Shown in pieces: positions 19,261-25,125 of a stretch of 43,592 nt of DNA. Each line of letters starts with the position of its first letter. Within the stretch, counting starts at the first letter, position 1. A program made the position numbers and the translations under genes. The notes below the pieces were generated by a model. That model worked only from the letters and a program-made list of their open reading frames with translations, was not told where the DNA came from and did not search any database. The stretch lies in IMG/VR virus record IMGVR_UViG_3300005573_000020, positions 1-43,592 of that record; one strand, written 5' to 3'. The DNA comes from a virus.

Positions 19261-20034
19261 ATGTTAGATAATTATATTAAAAATATGCGATGGTTTAAAC
19301 ACTTAATAGAATCAGGCGATGATCCGGACATAGGAACAATAATGGCTAAACTTGGATTTAAGGGTTACTACTTATTCTTCAGGACGATAGAAATCATGTC
19401 GAGAGAGTTTTCGGTTCAAAATCCCGGCAAAAACACATTCAATTTCAACTGGTTTCTACAACGATTCACGCGAACAGTAAGGAAAAAAGATTTAATTAGT
19501 TTCCTAAATTTATGCCAAGAATTAAAAGACAGCGAAGGGAGATCAAGAATATCATATAAGATTATAGGAGATAAAATAGAGCTAAATTGTCCTAAATTAA
19601 AGGATTTAGCAGATAAATATACAGAAGAGATGATGAGAAGCGAAAGGGTCGAGTGGGAAGTAAAAGGGCAGAGTGTGGGAAGTAAAAGGGCAGTAAAAGG
19701 GAAGTTGCTGGATATTCCTTCTACTTCTACTTCTTCTTCTATATATTATTCTACGATTAACGATATACGTAATATAACAGATACACCCTTTGATGATTAC
19801 GACTTGAAGCTATTAGAAGTATTATATAAATTAGGATATAAACTAAAAAGGGGCAAAGAAAAAGAAATGAGCGACTGGTTGGATGATTTAAACAAAGAAT
19901 TTGATGATGTAAACATCCAACAAGAACTAAAGAAATTCTACGATTGGTGGAGCGATAGCAGACGCAAGATTAAAAATTATAAAAACTCTCTCCGAAATTG
20001 GCTGATTAATGCCCGGAGATTCGCTAAAAAATAA
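19261..20034 (+). CDS. Replication initiation/organiser protein (DUF4373-like N terminus)
   Basis: N terminus MRWFKHLIESGDDPDIGTIMAKLGFKGYYLFFRTIEIM resembles the Lin1244/Lin1753-like domain of phage replication proteins. The gene contains iteron-like repeats. Confidence 0.5.
   Translation: MLDNYIKNMRWFKHLIESGDDPDIGTIMAKLGFKGYYLFFRTIEIMSREFSVQNPGKNTFNFNWFLQRFTRTVRKKDLISFLNLCQELKDSEGRSRISYKIIGDKIELNCPKLKDLADKYTEEMMRSERVEWEVKGQSVGSKRAVKGKLLDIPSTSTSSSIYYSTINDIRNITDTPFDDYDLKLLEVLYKLGYKLKRGKEKEMSDWLDDLNKEFDDVNIQQELKKFYDWWSDSRRKIKNYKNSLRNWLINARRFAKK
19653..19704. repeat. Iteron-like direct repeats (candidate origin of replication)
   Basis: GTGGGAAGTAAAAGGGCAG occurs exactly at 19653-19671 and 19675-19693 (22-nt spacing). 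The core AGTAAAAGGG occurs a third time at 19692-19701 (11-nt spacing). An AT-rich tract follows at 19718-19778. Confidence 0.5.
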
Positions 20035-20051
20035 TCATTAACAATAAATCT

Positions 20052-20639
20052 ATGGCAAAAATTCGCCTTAGCCAACAAGAAGAATTAGAGGTTTCAAAGG
20101 AGACTGCCCTAAGAATCAAAGAACAATGGCAGGATCCGGACGTAAAAAACATTGAGATCGGCGGAAAGATATTCAAAAAGAGCCGAATCATTGAAGTTGA
20201 TTCTGGTAATTCAAACTTGCGTGACAAGCCATATAACCTAAAAGACGAAGAGGATCATCGGCTTATTAAAGATTTCGAGCAGGAAATGGAAGATGTAAAA
20301 GCCGAAAAACTTGAGCATGAACTGGAATACTACGGCCGACCCATAAAAATAGTGGATGCGGTTGGCAAGATGCCGGCTAAAAAGTTACCCCCGAACTATG
20401 TGGGCAACGAATTATTGGGAATAATTCATGCCGGAATCATACAATACTGTCTGAGAAATAAAATAATGCATAAAAAGTTTGAACGGTTTTACTGGATTGC
20501 TCCAGAATGTACCGCCTTTCTTGAAAAAAGAAAAGCCCTCCGCGAACTCCAAGATAAAAGAGAATACGCCGAAAAATTAAATCAAGAAGCCATGAGCCAA
20601 ATTGAGGAAAGCAAGAAAGCCGTGGCAAAAAAGATATGA
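20052..20639 (+). CDS. Hypothetical protein (195 aa)
   Basis: ATG ORF with aaatctATG context. No motif recognised. Confidence 0.55.
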   Translation: MAKIRLSQQEELEVSKETALRIKEQWQDPDVKNIEIGGKIFKKSRIIEVDSGNSNLRDKPYNLKDEEDHRLIKDFEQEMEDVKAEKLEHELEYYGRPIKIVDAVGKMPAKKLPPNYVGNELLGIIHAGIIQYCLRNKIMHKKFERFYWIAPECTAFLEKRKALRELQDKREYAEKLNQEAMSQIEESKKAVAKKI

Positions 20640-20764
20640 AACACAAAACCGATAAGGAAAAAATCGGAGACTTTCTAATCATGATCGGATTCATTCTTGT
20701 AGCATTAATATTTGATTTATTATTAATATTGGCAGCAATGGATCTGTTGCCAAAAATAAAATGA
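20636..20764 (+). CDS. Small membrane protein (42 aa, below the ORF-track cutoff)
   Basis: ATGA overlaps with both neighbours. MKHKTDKEKIGDFLIMIGFILVALIFDLLLILAAMDLLPKIK has one TM helix. Confidence 0.45.
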   Translation: MKHKTDKEKIGDFLIMIGFILVALIFDLLLILAAMDLLPKIK

Positions 20765-21123
20765 CACAAGAAAAAGATTTAAAAGAATATACGCCCGCCG
20801 AAATCCAAGTCGCTCTAAGAAGCGAAACGCTTAACGTAACGCCGGACATCTTGGCTCGTTGGCGTCGAAGATTGGCCGCCGAATATGCATTTTATACCGA
20901 GCAAATGAAGGCAGTAATGATTAAGAAACAAGAGAAATGGACGGAGATCAGGCAAAGAGACGACATAAAAAGCGATACACAAGCCGATATGAGATGGGCT
21001 CAAACCCCAGAAGGCCGGGCAGAAATAGAATATAAATGGGAATTAAAGAAACTAGAAAAACTAATCTCGGCTCTTAATCAAGAAGCCGAAATGATTTCAA
21101 GAGAATGGGGGTTCCAAGAGTAA
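20761..21123 (+). CDS. Hypothetical protein (120 aa)
   Basis: ATG ORF coupled to the upstream mini-ORF. No motif recognised. Confidence 0.55.
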   Translation: MTQEKDLKEYTPAEIQVALRSETLNVTPDILARWRRRLAAEYAFYTEQMKAVMIKKQEKWTEIRQRDDIKSDTQADMRWAQTPEGRAEIEYKWELKKLEKLISALNQEAEMISREWGFQE

Positions 21124-21206
21124 TAATTAGCAAGCAAAATAGCACCTTGAAAATAACGTTTCGGCGTTTAAATAAATAGCGAAATTCACTCAAAAGGAGG
21201 TGGTCA

Positions 21207-21476
21207 ATGGCCATTCTAATCGCTTTGTTCTTTTTCTTCGGTTCTGCGATTGAGTGGTCTCTTGCCACTCTTCGCATATGGAATATTTCCAAAGGTCGCA
21301 CGGGTGCGGTAATGCTGATTGTTTTATGCGAGGAGATGCTTATGGTCGGAGCAGGTGCATTGACGGCCTATATCGTCATTAAGACAAATCAGCTTTATCT
21401 CTTGCCGTTTGCGGCCTTGGGAGGTTCATTTGGAGCCGGGATTTCTATGAAACTTTCCAAAAGGAGGAAAAAATGA
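21207..21476 (+). CDS. Small integral membrane protein (DUF5698/UPF0316-like N-terminal pattern)
   Basis: Strong SD (aaaaggaggtggtcaATG). GSAIEWSLATLRIWNISKGRTGAV plus three hydrophobic helices. Confidence 0.5.
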   Translation: MAILIALFFFFGSAIEWSLATLRIWNISKGRTGAVMLIVLCEEMLMVGAGALTAYIVIKTNQLYLLPFAALGGSFGAGISMKLSKRRKK

Positions 21477-21616
21477 ATGAAATTGATGAATTAAAGAGAG
21501 AAAAAGAGAAATTGGAAAAAGAAATTGAGCGGTTAAAAGAAAAATTAAGAGAATTAGAAAGCGAAGTTCGGCGGGAACGATGTCAAAAAATCATCGCCCA
21601 ATGGCAAAATTTATAA
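21473..21616 (+). CDS. Small coiled-coil protein (47 aa, below the ORF-track cutoff)
   Basis: aaggaggaaaaaATG SD and an ATGA overlap with the upstream gene. MNEIDELKREKEKLEKEIERLKEKLRELESEVRRERCQKIIAQWQNL. Confidence 0.5.
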   Translation: MNEIDELKREKEKLEKEIERLKEKLRELESEVRRERCQKIIAQWQNL

Positions 21617-21626
21617 GGAGGACAGC

Positions 21627-22403
21627 ATGTTAAAAACCATTCTTTTGCCCGATATTCATCATCCGTATCACAACAAAAAGGCATGGTTGGTGGTGCTTAA
21701 ATTTATTAAATGGTTTAAACCGCATATTGTTGTTTTGGCCGGCGATGCTTTAGAGATGAGAGCCGTTGATCACTGGAAAAAGGAAAAGGGAAATCTGAAA
21801 TACTTTGAAGGAATACGATTGCTTTCCGATTATCAGCAATTCATCAAGGACATTCTTGAACCGCTGGAAAAACTTTGTCCCAGAGCCAGAAAAATTTATA
21901 TGGGCGGAAATCACGAAGTATTTGCCGATTGTGTGATTGAGGAGAATCCCAACTTGGAAGGAATGATTGAACCAGAGAAAGCACTCAAGCTGAAAGAAAG
22001 GGGATGGGAATGGATCCCTTATTTGATTCGGGGAAGACACGGAAGCGTGCGAAAAGGCATGTTAAAAATTGGCAAGCTGACTATTGTTCACGGCGAATAC
22101 ACCAATAAGTTTCACGCTTCAAAAACGGCTGATTGTTATCTCAAATCGGTTCTTTACTGCCATACTCATGACCTTCAGGTTTTTACGAAGGTTACCGCAG
22201 AAGATCCTTCGGATTATCACACTTGCACTTCGATGGGTTGTTTGTGCGATAAATCTCCTCAGTATCTTTGGGGACGTCCAAATCGATGGGTTCACGCATT
22301 CGGGATTCTTTATACGCGTGAGAACGGACTTTTCAACATTTACACCCCGGTTATCATTAACGGAACTTTCACCTATGCTGGCAAGACCTTTTCCTACAAG
22401 TGA
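21627..22403 (+). CDS. Calcineurin-like metallophosphoesterase
   Basis: Ordered motifs LPDIHHP (DxH), LAGDAL (GD), GGNHEVF (GNHE), VHGEY, CHTHD. SD is taaggaggacagcATG. Confidence 0.85.
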   Translation: MLKTILLPDIHHPYHNKKAWLVVLKFIKWFKPHIVVLAGDALEMRAVDHWKKEKGNLKYFEGIRLLSDYQQFIKDILEPLEKLCPRARKIYMGGNHEVFADCVIEENPNLEGMIEPEKALKLKERGWEWIPYLIRGRHGSVRKGMLKIGKLTIVHGEYTNKFHASKTADCYLKSVLYCHTHDLQVFTKVTAEDPSDYHTCTSMGCLCDKSPQYLWGRPNRWVHAFGILYTRENGLFNIYTPVIINGTFTYAGKTFSYK

Positions 22404-22417
22404 GTTTTGCTATTCTA

Positions 22418-22481
22418 ATGGCAGGGCTATTTAGATGGGATATCACGCCAACAAGAAAAATATGGCGGTTAGCCCTGCCAT
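22418..22481 (+). other. Perfect 11-bp inverted repeat / long hairpin between the phosphatase genes
   Basis: ATGGCAGGGCT (22418-22428) and AGCCCTGCCAT (22471-22481). An inner CGCC/GGCG helix is possible. ATTCT occurs on both flanks (22412-22416 and 22482-22486). Confidence 0.6.
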
Positions 22482-22489
22482 ATTCTTTT

Positions 22490-22873
22490 ATGAAACAAAT
22501 TGATTGGAAAACAATTTTAAAACGCAATGGATTTGAGCCGTCTGTTAGAATGGTAATCAATTGCGACCTAGATGGCACTATCTGCAGGGAGGTTTGTTAT
22601 AGCAGGGAAGAATGCATTAATGCAGTTCCCGTTCCCGAGATGGTAGAATTTTTATGGTCGGCTTATAATGACCGGGAGTATCTTCCGCAAATTATAATTT
22701 ATACAGCCAGACGGACAAAATTTGCCCGAGAAACGATTGAATGGCTGGAGAAAAACAATTTACCTTTTCCTATCAGTTTTAGAAAAAAGTCAGGCGAGGT
22801 TTACATCGACGATAAAGCCATTAATTCCCGAGACATAATCAAGCACATTAAAGGACATAAAATGTTGCATTAA
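22490..22873 (+). CDS. HAD-superfamily phosphatase (nucleotidase-like)
   Basis: INCDLDGTI (DxDxT motif I), IIIYTARR (motif II), KKSGEVYIDDKAIN (motifs III/IV). The ATG at 22490 is preferred because the track's GTG at 22400 would read through the hairpin. Confidence 0.7.
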   Translation: MKQIDWKTILKRNGFEPSVRMVINCDLDGTICREVCYSREECINAVPVPEMVEFLWSAYNDREYLPQIIIYTARRTKFARETIEWLEKNNLPFPISFRKKSGEVYIDDKAINSRDIIKHIKGHKMLH

Positions 22874-22888
22874 TTCTTAAAGCCATTA
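22871..22888. repeat. 18-nt direct repeat, copy 1 (TAATTCTTAAAGCCATTA)
   Basis: Exact match to 23599-23616. It overlaps the stop codon of the HAD gene. Confidence 0.9.
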
Positions 22889-22960
22889 TGAATTTTAATA
22901 TTGCGTCTTGACTATCCCTTAAAGCCGTCTACTAAGCGATAGGGGAAACTACAAGATTGC

Positions 22961-23085
22961 GTGGGGATTGCCTTATACCCACAAAAGCCCGTGTAATATC
23001 TGAAGTCCGGTTTTCTGGACACTTGGATACGGGATGGTAGCTTGCAATGGGGAACTACCGAAGGCACGGACTACCCCATTGCAAG
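22961..23085 (+). ncRNA. Candidate structured RNA (three consecutive GC-rich hairpins)
   Basis: GTGGG/CCCAC (22961-22982). CCCGTGT/ATACGGG with inner GTCC/GGAC (22988-23033). A perfect 12-bp CTTGCAATGGGG/CCCCATTGCAAG with inner CCG/CGG (23041-23085). No ORF; GC content is well above the flanks. Confidence 0.45.
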
Positions 23086-23113
23086 GAGATTTAATAATTA
23101 ACTAAATAAAAAT

Positions 23114-23263
23114 ATGAAAAAAGAAATAAAAAAAGAAATTAAATATAGACATCCCGACAAGACAGAAGAACAAATTGAATATGAAGCCGAGATGAAATTG
23201 AGAGAATTAGCGGATAAAGGAAACGAAGAGGCGATTAGAGAATTAAGCAAAAGGGCTTTTTAA
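23114..23263 (+). CDS. Small charged protein (49 aa, below the ORF-track cutoff)
   Basis: ataaaaatATG context. MKKEIKKEIKYRHPDKTEEQIEYEAEMKLRELADKGNEEAIRELSKRAF. Confidence 0.4.
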   Translation: MKKEIKKEIKYRHPDKTEEQIEYEAEMKLRELADKGNEEAIRELSKRAF

Positions 23264-23277
23264 ACATAATTAAAACT

Positions 23278-23517
23278 ATGAAAAAAGAAATAGAACAATT
23301 AGCAAAGAAATTATTTAATCCATATGCGGAAGAGTTAAAATTCGATGAAAAAGATTGGAGAGTGTTTTTGAATAGGTTATTCGAATTTGAACAAGCGGTG
23401 AGGGAGGAGGTTATTGATGATTTTATTAAAGGTCGCCGTTGCTTATCCTGCGGAGAATTGAAGGGCGAGGGTGGGGAATTGACCGATAGTTGCTTGAAGT
23501 GCTTGGAAGAAAATTAG
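23278..23517 (+). CDS. Small protein with a C-terminal CxxC...CxxC zinc-ribbon-like motif
   Basis: aaaactATG context. RRCLSCGELKGEGGELTDSCLKCLEEN. Confidence 0.5.
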   Translation: MKKEIEQLAKKLFNPYAEELKFDEKDWRVFLNRLFEFEQAVREEVIDDFIKGRRCLSCGELKGEGGELTDSCLKCLEEN

Positions 23518-23534
23518 AGAATTAAATTAAAACT

Positions 23535-23624
23535 ATGAAAGAAGATTGGACGGGTAATAAAGCAACAGCCCGATTGAAAATTTGTCGTGGTTGCCCCCTA
23601 ATTCTTAAAGCCATTAAATTATGA
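23535..23624 (+). CDS. Mini-ORF (29 aa) containing copy 2 of the 18-nt repeat
   Basis: aaaactATG context. MKEDWTGNKATARLKICRGCPLILKAIKL. ATGA coupling to the next ORF. Confidence 0.3.
   Translation: MKEDWTGNKATARLKICRGCPLILKAIKL
23599..23616. repeat. 18-nt direct repeat, copy 2 (TAATTCTTAAAGCCATTA)
   Basis: Exact match to 22871-22888. Confidence 0.9.
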
Positions 23625-23824
23625 GAAGGGAAAGGAAGCCAATTAAACTTGTTTGTCCTTTTTGTGAGCAACCGATTAAGGAGATTCCGAAGGGCTTGAC
23701 AATTGGCGAGATAATTAAGCGTACTAATCAAATAATTAAGTTTTATTCTAATGACTTGGTTTCAGGCCAGACAAAGGAAATACAAAAACAAGCCCCAAGT
23801 GGTAGACGGGATCAGATACGATAG
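23621..23824 (+). CDS. Small protein with a CPFC motif; the 3' 74 nt overlap the next gene
   Basis: ATG ORF. Only the first ~43 codons are outside the DUF1064-like gene, so the functional extent is uncertain. Confidence 0.35.
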   Translation: MRRERKPIKLVCPFCEQPIKEIPKGLTIGEIIKRTNQIIKFYSNDLVSGQTKEIQKQAPSGRRDQIR

Positions 23825-24143
23825 CGGACTAGAGGGAAATCGTGCCGGGGAATTGGCTCTGATGGAAAAGGGAAAACAAATTAAGTCTTGGTGGCGTCAG
23901 GTTACTTTGCCTCTTTATTTCGGGGATTTTAAAATTACGAGTTACCGGATTGACTTTATAGTTTATGAGAACGATGGAAGCATAACGTTGGAAGAAACCA
24001 AGGGGATGGAAACTTATGACTGGAAATTAAAATGGAAATTGCTGGAGGCGATTCTTGCCACCGATTGCGAAGAGAGGGACAGGATTTACGAGATAATCGG
24101 AGCCAATAAAAACACCGAAGTAAGGATGGTTTTAATAAAATGA
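23751..24143 (+). CDS. DUF1064-like nuclease (phage Holliday-junction-resolvase-like family)
   Basis: RKYKNKPQVVDGIRYDSGLEGNRAGEL...YRIDFIVYENDGSITLEETKG matches the KYxNKK-x-DG-x-FDS-x-E and D...E-x-K pattern of DUF1064 proteins. Confidence 0.7.
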   Translation: MTWFQARQRKYKNKPQVVDGIRYDSGLEGNRAGELALMEKGKQIKSWWRQVTLPLYFGDFKITSYRIDFIVYENDGSITLEETKGMETYDWKLKWKLLEAILATDCEERDRIYEIIGANKNTEVRMVLIK

Positions 24144-24212
24144 AAATGTGTTTTAAGTGCTACTGGACAAATCGGCAGAGGCGTGTTTTAATATCAGATG
24201 TGCACAACTGAC

Positions 24213-24241
24213 TTGACAAGGTTATTTTTTTCGGTTAAATT
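24213..24241 (+). promoter_or_regulatory. Sigma70-type promoter candidate
   Basis: TTGACA (24213-24218), 17-nt spacer, TAAATT (24236-24241), in a 235-nt gap without a long ORF. Confidence 0.55.
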
Positions 24242-24284
24242 GAAAGTGTAGGTAAGTAGAATTCATTTCATCGGTATATTTCTC

Positions 24285-24345
24285 AGCTTGCGGGGATATT
24301 AATAAGAGGAGCGCGACTTCTTCCCGCAAGTTGAGTCGCGCTCCT
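24285..24345 (+). promoter_or_regulatory. Leader with two mutually exclusive helices (attenuator or riboregulator candidate)
   Basis: Helix A is CTTGCGGGGA (24287-24296) with TTCCCGCAAG (24321-24330). Helix B is AGGAGCGCGACT (24307-24318) with AGTCGCGCTCCT (24334-24345), a perfect 12 bp, followed by TTTAATT. Each helix sequesters one strand of the other. Confidence 0.55.
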
Positions 24346-24378
24346 TTAATTAAGGACGGCAGGGTTCTTTAAAAATTT

Positions 24379-24564
24379 ATGAAAAACTTTAAAGTTAATT
24401 TAACGAGTAATGAGGTTCGAGTAATTCGCGATGCTTTTCATGAGTATATTGAATTAATGAGGGAGGTGGCAGACGATACCGACGATGACGAAACACGGGC
24501 AGAGGCACTTAATTCTATTGTAGAGATGAAGGCAATTGATAAAAAATTGAGGCAGTCGAAGTAG
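24379..24564 (+). CDS. Small acidic protein (61 aa)
   Basis: ATG ORF downstream of the promoter and leader. Acidic run ADDTDDDETRAE. Confidence 0.55.
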   Translation: MKNFKVNLTSNEVRVIRDAFHEYIELMREVADDTDDDETRAEALNSIVEMKAIDKKLRQSK

Positions 24565-24575
24565 TGATTTGTTTA

Positions 24576-24607
24576 CCGGGCCCAATCGCCTGCCCGATTG
24601 AGCCCGG
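24576..24607 (+). other. GC-rich hairpin without a U-tract
   Basis: CCGGGCCCAATCG / CGATTGAGCCCGG: 12 bp plus one mismatch, 6-nt loop, 12 nt after the stop codon. Confidence 0.6.
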
Positions 24608-24652
24608 AATAGAAATCATTAATTTAAGAGGTCGCCAGCTCTTTAAAAAAAC

Positions 24653-24904
24653 ATGAAAATTGAAAATGCCTTGAATAAGTTTCAAAAATTGGGATTTAAA
24701 GTGAATCAAAGTCAAAACGACCCCCGAGATTATTGGATTGAAGGGAAAAAAGATATTTTATCTTTTTGGACTGATGATAAAGGCGAAATCAGGGGAGGAA
24801 TTAAGGTAAGAGATAAAAATGACCATGATGACGCTATGACTGATTATTCCGCTGGGGTATGGTGTAAAAATCTTTCTCAGGCTCTTCGGTTATTTGATAA
24901 ATAG
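24653..24904 (+). CDS. Hypothetical protein (83 aa)
   Basis: ATG ORF with aaaaaacATG context. Confidence 0.55.
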   Translation: MKIENALNKFQKLGFKVNQSQNDPRDYWIEGKKDILSFWTDDKGEIRGGIKVRDKNDHDDAMTDYSAGVWCKNLSQALRLFDK

Positions 24905-24981
24905 TTTTCTTTTCTCCGCTCATTTATTCTGGCGAGTAAGTGGGCGGGATAAAGGGAATTGAGTTGTCCACAGGCAACCCC

Positions 24982-25010
24982 TTGACACGGGAATAAACGC
25001 TTGCTAATAT
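24982..25010 (+). promoter_or_regulatory. Sigma70-type promoter candidate
   Basis: TTGACA (24982-24987), 17-nt spacer, TAATAT (25005-25010). The -10 sits in the loop of the terminator hairpin below. Confidence 0.55.
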
Positions 25011-25039
25011 AAAAACATAAAATTAAGCAAGTGTTTTTT
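24997..25039 (+). terminator. Rho-independent terminator candidate
   Basis: ACGCTTGCT / AGCAAGTGT (9 bp including one G-U), 20-nt loop, then TTTTT (25035-25039). Confidence 0.5.
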
Positions 25040-25088
25040 AGTGTAGATGACCGGACAAAACCTACAATTATTTTTAATGAAAGTAGGA

Positions 25089-25121
25089 GCATTAATCCGA
25101 CAGGGTTAGTGCATTTTTTTT
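25089..25121 (+). terminator. Rho-independent terminator candidate just upstream of the methyltransferase ATG
   Basis: GCATTAA / TTAGTGC (7 bp including one U-G), 10-nt loop, then A-TTTTTTTT (25114-25121). Confidence 0.6.
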
Positions 25122-25125
25122 ATTT

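Noticed and set aside
22400-22489. GTG 22400 as the start of the HAD phosphatase
   Set aside because: The extension encodes no HAD motif and runs through the 11-bp perfect palindrome. The ATG at 22490 precedes the DxDxT motif by a typical distance.
23621-24143. Programmed frameshift fusing the CPFC mini-protein to the DUF1064-like nuclease
   Set aside because: The DUF1064-like ORF has its own ATG at 23751, giving a full-length family-typical N terminus (KYKNKPxxVDG). No slippery heptamer was seen. I treat this as a simple 74-nt overlap or an over-extended upstream ORF.
24140-24211. 23-codon ORF MKMCFKCYWTNRQRRVLISDVHN coupled to the DUF1064 stop
   Set aside because: It is too short and unsupported. 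It may be translated, but there is no evidence beyond the ATGA overlap, so it is not listed as a feature.
24285-24345. Both helices forming simultaneously as an H-type pseudoknot
   Set aside because: The connecting loops of 2 nt and 1-3 nt cannot span 10-12 bp stems. Mutually exclusive folds are the more plausible reading.
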